The position numbers and the translations under genes were made by a program. The notes under the pieces are model-generated. The model saw only the letters and a program-made list of their open reading frames with translations, searched no databases and was not told where the DNA came from. Of a stretch of DNA of 64,000 bases, positions 1 to 8,705 are shown one piece after another. This DNA is from Bacteroidales bacterium (GTDB lineage Bacteria; Bacteroidota; Bacteroidia; Bacteroidales; DTU049): assembly GCA_035390965.1 (NCBI GenBank), contig DAOPKE010000001.1, forward strand, positions 24,656 through 88,655, given 5' to 3'. Every line of letters begins with the position of its first letter. Positions within the stretch are counted from its first letter, which is position 1.

Positions 1-669
1 GGAAAAGCACTCTCACTATCGCTTTCGCAGTTCTGGAAGGGTTCTGTGCTTGCAATATTGACTTCGATGGCGCAACTTATGATTACTTTGATTATGGGGT
101 TTTTGGCCATTATTTATTTTGGGCCTCAACTGAATTATTTTTTCGGTATCAGAATTTCATTTTTACCTGTGGCCATTTCTGTGGCGGGAATCGCATTACT
201 GCTGTTTCTGTTTTTTAATATTCAGGCGGTCGCATTATTATTTAAGCGATGGGAAAAATTACATACAATTGTTGCTGTGCTTTCTTCTTCGGGATTAAGT
301 ATTAAATTGCTGATTTTGTTTGTCAGTGCTCTGCGTTATATGGTTTTTGCTGGCCAAAATCTGCTTTTGCTTGCGCTTTTCGAAGTGAATATTCCATGGG
401 TTGATTCTTTTTTTCTGATTGCGCTGATGTATTTTACCTTGTCTGCTATTCCCACTTTTGTTTTGACAGATTTTCCGGCCCGAAGCTCAGTTATGCTCTT
501 GCTTTTTATTGCCTGGTTCGATATTTCAGGATTGACAATTCCTTATGCATTGGAAGCCAAAATCATTGTTACGTCTTTTCTGATATGGTTTATAAATCTT
601 ATTATTCCGGCCATTCCCGGCTTGTTCTTTTTAAACAGATTTTCAGTATTACGTAAAGCAAACAGATGA
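1..669 (+). CDS. Polytopic membrane protein, flippase-like / lysyl-PG-synthase-TM-like (UPF0104-type); 5' end outside window
   Basis: Frame 1 is open from nt 1, with no stop upstream of the track start at 46. The sequence is almost entirely hydrophobic and multi-TM. The stop overlaps the next gene start (ATGA at 666-669). The family call rests on general resemblance and the common pairing with a GT2 gene. Confidence 0.45.
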   Translation, partial: GKALSLSLSQFWKGSVLAILTSMAQLMITLIMGFLAIIYFGPQLNYFFGIRISFLPVAISVAGIALLLFLFFNIQAVALLFKRWEKLHTIVAVLSSSGLSIKLLILFVSALRYMVFAGQNLLLLALFEVNIPWVDSFFLIALMYFTLSAIPTFVLTDFPARSSVMLLLFIAWFDISGLTIPYALEAKIIVTSFLIWFINLIIPAIPGLFFLNRFSVLRKANR

Positions 670-1775
670 TTGTTATTGTTGTCACCATAGGATTTATTGC
701 GTTTTTTGCATTTATCGAAGCGCTCTTTGCCATTGGTATTATGGCCGATTCAAATGCTTTGTTGCGTAAGAAAAATATTGAATATTCGGTTGTTGTTGCA
801 GTCCGCAACGAAGAAGAATGGATTGAATCATGCATTCAATCTTTGTTTAACCAAAGTGTTCAACCTTCAGCCATTATAGTGGTTGATGATCATTCGGATG
901 ATAAGACGTTTTGCATTGTTCATCAGATGATTGCTCAAAATCCGCTTTTGGTTTTGCTTTCGTGCGATCACGACGAAACCGGGAAACGAGCCGCCTTGAT
1001 GAAAGGAATATCAGCTGTCCAAACTGAAGTTGTTCTTACAATTGATGGTGATTGCATGGCTCGTCGAGACTGGGCTTTAAATATGCTTTCAAAATTCAGT
1101 GAAAATAAAAAACTTGTTTCAGGTCCGGTGATTACTCTATCCAAGCGATGCCTGAATATGCCTGAATATGCGGAATCTTTGTTTCTGATGGCTGTGGGCG
1201 CCGGTGCAGCTTCACAGGGACTGATGTTTCAGGCATCGGGTGCAAATATGCTTTTTTTAAAAAGTGATTTTGTCGATTTTTACAAATCGGCTTCTGGTGC
1301 GGAGTTTAGATGTGGTGATGATGTTTTCTTTTTGCAATATATTCAAAAACAATACGGACGAAAAGCAAGTGGTTTTTGCAGCAATTCCGGTGCTGTTGTT
1401 GAAACGCATTCTTCAGCGGGCATTAAAGAATGGATATTTCAACGAGTTCGTTGGGCCTCGAAATCACGTGGTTATTCCGATTGGATTCCATTTGCAGCAG
1501 GCATTTTGGTTTTATTTTCAAGCAGTGCACTGGTTGCGGCTTTCATATTATTGATTGCACAACCTGAGTTCAGTTTTTTTCTACTGCCTGTCATTCTTGT
1601 AAAAGTGATGGGCGATGTTCTTCTGTTGTTTTCATCGGCTTTTGCATGGAAAGCTCCGGTAAGAGTGCTTTCATTTTTTATGCTGCCTTTGTTTTACCCT
1701 TTGTTTCTGATGTCAGTCGGTAGCGCAATGATATTTCAGAAAAACAAGATTTGGAAAGGCAGAGCAATCAGTTGA
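666..1775 (+). CDS. Glycosyltransferase family 2, membrane-bound, with QxxRW-type motif
   Basis: GT-A N-terminus (VVVAVRNEEEWIESCIQSLFNQ...IIVVDDHSDD), DxD-like TIDGDC, and FQRVRWASK, which matches the Q(R/Q)xRW motif of processive GT2 enzymes. C-terminus has hydrophobic helices. ATG start at 666. Confidence 0.8.
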   Translation: MIVIVVTIGFIAFFAFIEALFAIGIMADSNALLRKKNIEYSVVVAVRNEEEWIESCIQSLFNQSVQPSAIIVVDDHSDDKTFCIVHQMIAQNPLLVLLSCDHDETGKRAALMKGISAVQTEVVLTIDGDCMARRDWALNMLSKFSENKKLVSGPVITLSKRCLNMPEYAESLFLMAVGAGAASQGLMFQASGANMLFLKSDFVDFYKSASGAEFRCGDDVFFLQYIQKQYGRKASGFCSNSGAVVETHSSAGIKEWIFQRVRWASKSRGYSDWIPFAAGILVLFSSSALVAAFILLIAQPEFSFFLLPVILVKVMGDVLLLFSSAFAWKAPVRVLSFFMLPLFYPLFLMSVGSAMIFQKNKIWKGRAIS

Positions 1776-2445
1776 TGTGTGGCAATAGCGCTTCTGCATA
1801 TTTTAAATCGGCAGGTGTAGTAATTTTTATGTTTTCCGGATTACCTTCAATCAGTCGTATCGGGTATCCGGCTGCTTCAACCACAGAGGCATCGTCGGTG
1901 AAAGACTGTATGTATGATTGTCTGTAAGCATCGAGTAGCAGGGTTGCCTGAAAAAATTGTGGAGTCTGGCAGAGGCGGAACTGTTCGCGGTTGGCGGCTT
2001 TTGAGAGGGCTCCATTGATTTCACGGATTGACTCGCTTAAAGGAATGACCGGTATGGCAGAGCCGGATTTTTCGGCTACCATGAAGCCCTGATGTATGAC
2101 ATTAGCTGTAAAGAGCGGTCTGACTGCATCGTGGATGGCGATCACTTCGTCAGCGTGTACAAAAGCAAGACCGCTTTTCACAGAGTGGAAGCGTTCGGGT
2201 CCGCCAAAAGCGATGTTTATTGAATCATGAAACGGGATAAATTTGTGACATTCTTTCCAATGTGGCAGATCGCGTTCGGCAATAACAATTGTGATGCGGC
2301 TGTTGGGTACAATTTTATAAAGCCGGTTGATGGTTACAGCAATAACAGGGGTTTCATTAATCTTCAGGAATTGCTTGGGGATAGCGGAATTCATTCGTTT
2401 CCCGCTGCCACCGGCAACAACGATGATATGAAAAGGTGTTGGCAT
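1768..2445 (-). CDS. ispD: 2-C-methyl-D-erythritol 4-phosphate cytidylyltransferase
   Basis: IIVVAGGSGKRMNSAIPKQFL N-terminal signature, AIHDAVRP, and the expected length. I moved the start to ATG 2445; the track start at 2448 is TTG. ATG overlaps the queA stop (TGATG). Confidence 0.85.
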   Translation of the reverse strand: MPTPFHIIVVAGGSGKRMNSAIPKQFLKINETPVIAVTINRLYKIVPNSRITIVIAERDLPHWKECHKFIPFHDSINIAFGGPERFHSVKSGLAFVHADEVIAIHDAVRPLFTANVIHQGFMVAEKSGSAIPVIPLSESIREINGALSKAANREQFRLCQTPQFFQATLLLDAYRQSYIQSFTDDASVVEAAGYPIRLIEGNPENIKITTPADLKYAEALLPHIN

Positions 2446-3494
2446 CAAATAATCAGCATGGCATCACCGTAGGTGAAAAATTTGTATTTTTCCTTGACGG
2501 CGGTTTTGTACGCATCCATCAGTAGGGGATAGCCGGCAAATGCAGCCACCATCATCATCAGCGACGACATGGGGAGATGAAAATTGGTAACCATGGCATC
2601 GGCAACGCTGAAATCATAGGGTGGAAAAATGAATTTGTTGGTCCATCCCTTAAAGGGTTTCAGGTACCCGTTGATGGTGACACTGGATTCAATGGCTCGC
2701 ATGGATGTTGTGCCAACTGCGCATATTTTCCCTTTGCGTTCTTTCACTTCATTTACTTTATCGGCTGTTCTTTCGTCGATAAAAAATTCTTCAGAATCCA
2801 TTTTGTGTTTGGATAGGTCTTCAACCTCAATGGCTCTGAAATTTCCGAGACCGGCATGAAGTGTTATTTCTGCAAAATCGACTCCCTTTATTTCGAGACG
2901 TTTCATGAGTTCGCGCGAAAAGTGCAGCCCGGCTGTAGGTGCAGCTACTGCGCCTTCATGTTTGGCGTAAATGGTCTGATATCGGTCTTTATCATCTTCA
3001 ATTACCGGCCGGTTGATGAGTTTGGGCAGAGGCGGCTCACCCATATTTTTGAGCAATTCTTTGAATTTATCATGTTCCATGTCGGTCAGGAACCTGAGTG
3101 TGCGTCCGCGGGAAGTGGTATTGTCAATGACTTCGGCCACCAGTTCGTCGTTTTCGCCAAAGTAGAGTTTGTTGCCGATTCTGATTTTTCGGGCTGGGTC
3201 AACCAGAACATCCCATAGTTTTGATTCGGCATTGAGTTCACGAAGCAAAAATACTTCAATAACAGCACCGGTTTTTTCTTTACGGCCATACAGACGCGCT
3301 GGAAACACTTTTGTGTTATTGATAATCATCAGGTCTCCATCGCCGAAGTACTTGAGAATGTCGTTGAATTTTTTGTGCTGGATTGTACCGGCTTTACGGT
3401 CTAAAACCATGAGTCGGCTCTCATCTCTGTTTTTTGAAGGAAAGTTGGCAATTAAATCCTGCGGTAAGTCAAATTTGAAGTCAGAAAGTTTCAT
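2445..3494 (-). CDS. queA: S-adenosylmethionine:tRNA ribosyltransferase-isomerase
   Basis: [19 protein letters not shown]...[41 protein letters not shown] at the C-terminus, 349 aa. Confidence 0.95.
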   Translation of the reverse strand: MKLSDFKFDLPQDLIANFPSKNRDESRLMVLDRKAGTIQHKKFNDILKYFGDGDLMIINNTKVFPARLYGRKEKTGAVIEVFLLRELNAESKLWDVLVDPARKIRIGNKLYFGENDELVAEVIDNTTSRGRTLRFLTDMEHDKFKELLKNMGEPPLPKLINRPVIEDDKDRYQTIYAKHEGAVAAPTAGLHFSRELMKRLEIKGVDFAEITLHAGLGNFRAIEVEDLSKHKMDSEEFFIDERTADKVNEVKERKGKICAVGTTSMRAIESSVTINGYLKPFKGWTNKFIFPPYDFSVADAMVTNFHLPMSSLMMMVAAFAGYPLLMDAYKTAVKEKYKFFTYGDAMLII

Positions 3495-3514
3495 TTAGTA
3501 ATCTGAATTTTTTA

Positions 3515-3522
3515 CAAAGATA
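3515..3522 (-). promoter_or_regulatory. Bacteroidota -7 box (TATCTTTG) for queA-ispD
   Basis: Matches TAnnTTTG; 20-nt spacer to the queA ATG. Confidence 0.35.
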
Positions 3523-3659
3523 CATTCGCAAAAAGCGAAAGTCAATGAATAACGAAAAAAAGCCCAAAATAGTATATAAACGCCCCTGAATGTCAGAGAA
3601 ATGCCGAGTCGGGAATTTCGTCAATCGTTAAATCATTTGTCCAAACGGGTAAATCGGAC

Positions 3660-3667
3660 TAATTTTG
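3660..3667 (+). promoter_or_regulatory. Bacteroidota -7 box (TAATTTTG) for the yitT-family gene
   Basis: Matches TAnnTTTG; 16-nt spacer to ATG 3684. Confidence 0.35.
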
Positions 3668-3683
3668 CAAAAAAATTCCTGTC

Positions 3684-4574
3684 ATGGCTTATATTACCAA
3701 AGAAAAGTTTCTTTCAGCGGAGTGGTTCCGTGTTTATTTGTTGATTTTGATCGGCTCTTTCATTATGGCTGCCGGTTTTGTTTTGTTTATTTCGCCCTAC
3801 AAACTGGCTCCTGGCGGTGTGTATGGAATAGCCATTGTTTTGCATTATTTAATTAATACTCCCATTGGACTTATTGGAATTGCCATAGACATTCCGTTAA
3901 CAATTATTGCAATAAAAATACTGGGGCCGAAATTCGGCGTAAAAACAGTGGCTGGTTTTGTTCTTTTGTCGGGATGGATATCGTTACTTGAATTTACATG
4001 GGGTTATAAGCCACTGGTAGAAGGTGATCCGCTTTTATCTTCTATTTTTGGTGGCTTGCTGATTGGTTTTGGGTTGGGGTTAATCTTCAAATCGAAAGCC
4101 AGTTCTGGCGGCAGCGATATTATTGCCATGATTCTGAATAAATACACAAAAATTCCGGTTGGCCAATTGCTGATTGCAGTTGATGCAGCCATTGTAATGA
4201 TCAGTCTGGTTGCCTTCGACGACTGGAAAATCCCTCTGTACAGCTGGATTGTCATTTTTATAACGGGTAAGGTTATAGACGCTGTCATTCAGGGAGTTAG
4301 TTATGACAAAACCTGCATGATCATTACCGACAAGCCGGAGGAAGTCAGCAACAAGATTCTGGTTGACCTGAAGCGGGGCGGCACATTTATCCGGGCCAAA
4401 GGGATGTATTCGGGGCAGGAAAAAGATATGATCTATACTGTTGTAAACAGGCGAGAAGTAGCCATTTTACAAGATTATATCCGTCAGATAGACCCCAATG
4501 CATTCATGTCGGTTATCGATGCCAACGAAATTGTTGGAAACGGCTTTAAACCTTTTTCCGAAAAGGGGCAGTAG
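3684..4574 (+). CDS. YitT-family membrane protein (DUF2179 C-terminal domain)
   Basis: About 5 TM helices with SSGGSDIIAMIL, then a soluble C-terminal domain (GGTFIRAKGMYSG...IYTVVNRREV...IDPNAFMSV) typical of YitT/DUF2179. Confidence 0.8.
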   Translation: MAYITKEKFLSAEWFRVYLLILIGSFIMAAGFVLFISPYKLAPGGVYGIAIVLHYLINTPIGLIGIAIDIPLTIIAIKILGPKFGVKTVAGFVLLSGWISLLEFTWGYKPLVEGDPLLSSIFGGLLIGFGLGLIFKSKASSGGSDIIAMILNKYTKIPVGQLLIAVDAAIVMISLVAFDDWKIPLYSWIVIFITGKVIDAVIQGVSYDKTCMIITDKPEEVSNKILVDLKRGGTFIRAKGMYSGQEKDMIYTVVNRREVAILQDYIRQIDPNAFMSVIDANEIVGNGFKPFSEKGQ

Positions 4575-4582
4575 CCACTGTG

Positions 4583-6931
4583 CTATTTTGTTCCGATTAC
4601 TGTTAGTGTTGATTTCGCCTTCATTTGGCCATTTCTTCCAATGACATTCACTATGTATTCTCCTGCCGCAATGCTGCGGATATCGATAGTTGTACTTGTT
4701 TCATGATTGCTCAGGTGTTGTCTCAGCATGATTTTACCGCTCATATCGCAAATGGTAATCTCTGTGCAGTTTTGCGGAATATTGGCGATCTGAAGCAAAT
4801 CGGAGCAGGGATTTGGAAATATCAGGAGGTCAGATTCTGACCCCGGCTCAGCAATGCCGCTTTGATTCGGTTGCCCTACAGCCAGAGCGTATTCTCCCAG
4901 CAAACCATAAGGCGTTTTGAGAAAGCCGGAAAAATCGTTGCCTGTTTTTGTAAAAGGGAATAGCTGCCAGTCATAGCCCGGACCTGGCCTGTAGACGAGA
5001 ATAAGGGAATCGGTGCTGGCATTCTGAGGGAGCAACCCGCTGTCGAAAAAGATGTTGGTACGGTTATAATCGAACCGCAGCTGATAATCCGTACCGGCAG
5101 GTACAATTCCTGATATGCGCCAGTAGCGGCTTTCGGAAATCCGGAAAATATCCGGATTTGAAACAACGGGGTCCGGAGCCACTTTGTGATGTTCAGCACG
5201 CACAAAAATGCTGTCGGTGAGATTGTTTACAAAAATATCGGAATAGGCATAGTCGAACGAAACGGTTGCAGGCGCCGATATCACCGAGTTGTAGCTTACA
5301 ATGGCATCGGCTGTTTTTTCATTCAAATCAGTAATTACCAAGGTTGGTATAAAAGGGACGTTGAAAACATCTGTACCGTTTTGTCCTGAAAAGCTGGTTG
5401 TAACAGTATGTTTGTTCCATAATGAATCCAAAAAGGTCAGTTCAAGACGGTTGCTGTTGGCGTATTGAGTGGTACCGTATAATTTTTGTTTCAGAAATAC
5501 TGTTACTGTTGATCCTGTTCCATTGGGGACAACATGCATTGAATCTACATCGAAGTGCGGAAATCCTTCGCGCAGAACCCATGCGTCAAAGAAATCAGTG
5601 AGGTCCATTCCTGTTTCTGCACTCAGAATATCGCGCATTTGAATAATGGTGGCGTTGCCGTATTTCAGACTATCGAAATATTGTTTCAATGCAGGAAAGA
5701 ACAGAGAGTCGCCAATATAATTTCTTAGGGTATGCGCTACCAGAGCACCTTTGTCATAAACAGTTGTTCCATAGGTAATATGATGTGGTACGTTGCCGAC
5801 GGGATAAAACCCGCCATCGTCAACATGAGCAAAACGAAGAACAGAAGCAAGCATGGTGCGAATGTAATCTTGCATGGCTGCTGTTCCGTAAAGACTCTCC
5901 TCGGTGATAAATTCACAGAAAACAGCCCAGCCCTCGTTGATCCACATTTCTTCGGCTGTTGCACAGGTTACCAGATCGCCGAACCAATGATGCGATAATT
6001 CATGATAAATCAGTGATTCATACGAAGTGTTGCCAGTGATGGTAGCATTGGGCAAAGCAATATTGGTGGTGTGTTCCATGGCCCCTGAATTAAATGGAAC
6101 TCCTACATAACCGACTCGTTCCCATCCATAAGGCCCGAAGCGGTTTTCGAACGTAGCAAGGATATCTTTGAGATGAATGAATGTGCCCGGAACTTTTGAC
6201 ACATACGATGATGAAACATAAATATCAATCGGAATATTTCCGTTGATGCTGTTGAAGGTGTCTGTAACGCACACGTAGGGCCCGACAGCGATTGATGCCA
6301 GATAAGTAGGGATGGGCTCTGCCATTGTCCATGTCCATGCAATGGAATCTGCATTTTCGATATGGGTGGAATCGGTGAGCATGCCACCGCAAACGGCCAT
6401 CTGATTGGTGTCGGTGCGGACAATAATTTCGTAAAAAGCCTTATCGGTAAAATCGTCAATGCATGGAAACCAGACGCGGCCGTAGTTGTGAGGGTTGTCT
6501 TCGAAGCCTACGCCCAGATTGTAGGCATATGGACTCTGGAAATAAAATCCGCCCCAGCCGCTGGGATCAACAACAGGAGACCCGTGGTAAAATATTTTCA
6601 GATGGAAAGTATCGTTGCCGGCCAATGCAACCGGGCTCTGAATCATGAGCAGCGTGTCGTTGTAGGTCCAGGTTGTATTCAGCGTTGATTCCAGATAAAC
6701 CTGATCAACATTCAGCTCCAGCAGGTCGAGCGGAATATATTGCAGATTGTTCACCTTAGGCTGAAAGTATATGTCGGTATAGCCATACAGCTGTTTTGCC
6801 GAAATATCCAAAGTATCAATGTTTATGGAATATCTGATTACATCAATGCTGTCGCTGCCGGGTGATTTTTGTTGCGCGGATGCAGCAGCAGAAATGAAAA
6901 GAATCAGAATCGCAATGAAAAAAGTTTTCAT
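4583..6931 (-). CDS. Secreted M1-family zinc metallopeptidase (aminopeptidase N-like) with T9SS C-terminal sorting domain
   Basis: Signal peptide; GAMEN-type motif (SGAMEHTT); HExxH (HELSHHWFGDLV) followed by WINEGWAVF, the gluzincin third ligand; T9SS type-A CTD at the end. Confidence 0.85.
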   Translation of the reverse strand: MKTFFIAILILFISAAASAQQKSPGSDSIDVIRYSINIDTLDISAKQLYGYTDIYFQPKVNNLQYIPLDLLELNVDQVYLESTLNTTWTYNDTLLMIQSPVALAGNDTFHLKIFYHGSPVVDPSGWGGFYFQSPYAYNLGVGFEDNPHNYGRVWFPCIDDFTDKAFYEIIVRTDTNQMAVCGGMLTDSTHIENADSIAWTWTMAEPIPTYLASIAVGPYVCVTDTFNSINGNIPIDIYVSSSYVSKVPGTFIHLKDILATFENRFGPYGWERVGYVGVPFNSGAMEHTTNIALPNATITGNTSYESLIYHELSHHWFGDLVTCATAEEMWINEGWAVFCEFITEESLYGTAAMQDYIRTMLASVLRFAHVDDGGFYPVGNVPHHITYGTTVYDKGALVAHTLRNYIGDSLFFPALKQYFDSLKYGNATIIQMRDILSAETGMDLTDFFDAWVLREGFPHFDVDSMHVVPNGTGSTVTVFLKQKLYGTTQYANSNRLELTFLDSLWNKHTVTTSFSGQNGTDVFNVPFIPTLVITDLNEKTADAIVSYNSVISAPATVSFDYAYSDIFVNNLTDSIFVRAEHHKVAPDPVVSNPDIFRISESRYWRISGIVPAGTDYQLRFDYNRTNIFFDSGLLPQNASTDSLILVYRPGPGYDWQLFPFTKTGNDFSGFLKTPYGLLGEYALAVGQPNQSGIAEPGSESDLLIFPNPCSDLLQIANIPQNCTEITICDMSGKIMLRQHLSNHETSTTIDIRSIAAGEYIVNVIGRNGQMKAKSTLTVIGTK
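4586..4828 (-). other. T9SS type-A C-terminal sorting domain (last 81 aa of the M1 peptidase)
   Basis: LLIFPNPCSDLLQI...ITICDMSGKIMLRQ...IAAGEYIVNVIG...K at the extreme C-terminus matches the Por_Secre_tail pattern (xYPNP..., D..GK, G.Y.v.v). Confidence 0.75.
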
Positions 6932-6950
6932 AGTTCATATTTTGCAAAAG

Positions 6951-6958
6951 CAAATGTA
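6951..6958 (-). promoter_or_regulatory. Bacteroidota -7 box (TACATTTG) for the M1 peptidase gene
   Basis: Matches TAnnTTTG; 19-nt spacer to ATG 6931. Confidence 0.35.
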
Positions 6959-7038
6959 AGGAAATTCCGTGGTTGTGTGATGTGTCTATCCAAATCAGCG
7001 CCCTACGGACGACAGAATGCTGGGTTTGTCTTATCTCT

Positions 7039-7085
7039 CCGACTCTTCCAGGTCCTCCATTTCATTTCGGACTCTGGAAGGTCGG
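7039..7085. repeat. Inverted repeat / hairpin (12 bp + 1 bulge, 22-nt loop) in a long divergent intergenic region
   Basis: CCGAC(T)CTTCCAG ... CTGGAAGGTCGG, paired by hand. Confidence 0.6.
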
Positions 7086-7237
7086 AAGCGAGTTTCAGAG
7101 CGAGTGAACAGTACAAGAACGCAGCTAAATCATGCTCAATGCTCCATGCGTTGTGCAATGTGCGAGCATTTTGGTCTGCCTTCAGCCCGATTTTGTATAA
7201 TTATTTTGAAACATAATTGAATCATCGCACAAATTCG

Positions 7238-7245
7238 TACTTTTG
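7238..7245 (+). promoter_or_regulatory. Bacteroidota -7 box (TACTTTTG) for the tolC-adaptor-tsaB unit
   Basis: Matches TAnnTTTG; 23-nt spacer to ATG 7269. Confidence 0.35.
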
Positions 7246-7268
7246 TTACACTTAACACTCAATTACTG

Positions 7269-8687
7269 ATGAAAAGACTTTTGTTTTTTATTCTGCTGCT
7301 GGCTGCTGTTGCAGCAGAAGGACAGACGGTCTGGACGCTTGAATCCTGCATTCAGTATGCAAGGGAAAACAACCTTACTATTCGCTTGCAGAAGCTGAAT
7401 TCCGAAATTGCAAAGTTGTCGCTGACCCGCGACAAGGCGGCCTTTCTGCCCGGTGTTTCGGCCGGAGCCACGCATTCCTACAACTATGGCCGTACCGTTG
7501 ACATGTACACCAACGAGTTTGCAACCGACCGTGTCCGCTCGAACAATTTCTATATTGGCGCCAACATTACGCTTTTCAACGGCTTCAATCTGATCAATTC
7601 ATACAAAAAAAGTCAGCTCGAAGCAGAAGCCGCTATCCTTGATGCACAGCAGACTTCGGATGATATTTCGCTTTCCATTGCAACGGCCTATCTGCAGGTT
7701 TTGTATTCCATGGAACTGGTAAACAATGCGCAGAGCCAACTTGACATCACATTGCTTCAGGTTGATAAAAACCGAAAAATGTATGCAGCCGGATCAGTCT
7801 CACAGGGCGCTTTACTTACAATCGAAGCACAGGCTGCCTCGGAAGAAAGTCAGTTGGTGAGCGCGCAGAATCAGCTCGAAATGTCGTACCTCACTTTGGC
7901 GCAAATGCTGGATCTGAAGGACATGAGCGGTTTTCAGATTGCTGTACCGGATATCAGCACGCTTGACACCAGTTCGTTTTTACTGATGAATCCGGCCGAT
8001 GTGTATGCATTTGCCGAAAAAAATCAGCCAGGACTTATGGCTGCTCAATACCGTGTTCAGATTGCAGAAAGGAACCTGGGTATTGCCAGAGCCGGCCGCT
8101 ATCCTCAGCTTACGCTCAACGGATCGCTTGGTACCGGATATTCGGGCGCCAGCAGAAGAATGACAGGATACAATGTAAACGGAGTTGATACCATCGGTTT
8201 CACAAGCGAATCACTGACGGAATATGTGATGATGCCTTCGCTTGATTACACATACGAAACAACGCCTTTTCAGGATCAGATCAACGACAACATCAACAAA
8301 TCAATCGGACTGCAATTGACGATACCGATTTTCAGTCGTCTGAATACTACACTGGCAGTGCGTCAGGCGAAAATCGGCATTGAATCGGCCACCATTAATT
8401 TTGAGCAGGAAAAACTGAATCTGCAGAAAACAATTCAGCAGGCCTATGCTGATGCATCGGGTGCATACAGAAAATATTCGGCTACCAAAAAGCAGGTGGC
8501 TGCGCTCGAAGAATCTTTCAAATACATGGATCAGCGCTTCAGTGTGGGCCTTGCCACACCCATTGATTACAGTGATGCAAAAAACAAACTGGCCACAGCA
8601 AGGTCGGAAATGCTGCAGGCGAAATACGAATTTATTTTCCGCACCAAAATACTCGACTACTATTTAGGCAGAGAAATCAGGTTGTAA
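7269..8687 (+). CDS. TolC-family outer-membrane efflux protein
   Basis: Signal peptide, then WTLESCIQYARENNLTI and a two-repeat OEP-like helical/beta pattern, 472 aa. It is immediately followed by an adaptor gene. Confidence 0.85.
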   Translation: MKRLLFFILLLAAVAAEGQTVWTLESCIQYARENNLTIRLQKLNSEIAKLSLTRDKAAFLPGVSAGATHSYNYGRTVDMYTNEFATDRVRSNNFYIGANITLFNGFNLINSYKKSQLEAEAAILDAQQTSDDISLSIATAYLQVLYSMELVNNAQSQLDITLLQVDKNRKMYAAGSVSQGALLTIEAQAASEESQLVSAQNQLEMSYLTLAQMLDLKDMSGFQIAVPDISTLDTSSFLLMNPADVYAFAEKNQPGLMAAQYRVQIAERNLGIARAGRYPQLTLNGSLGTGYSGASRRMTGYNVNGVDTIGFTSESLTEYVMMPSLDYTYETTPFQDQINDNINKSIGLQLTIPIFSRLNTTLAVRQAKIGIESATINFEQEKLNLQKTIQQAYADASGAYRKYSATKKQVAALEESFKYMDQRFSVGLATPIDYSDAKNKLATARSEMLQAKYEFIFRTKILDYYLGREIRL

Positions 8688-8705
8688 CTCAAAAACAACG
8701 GAATC

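Noticed and set aside
6869-7220. ORFs of 115 and 67 aa in the M1-peptidase/tolC intergenic region
   Set aside because: No promoter box or plausible start context. The sequences are Ser/Arg/Cys-rich and overlap a hairpin repeat. I treated the region as non-coding structured DNA instead.
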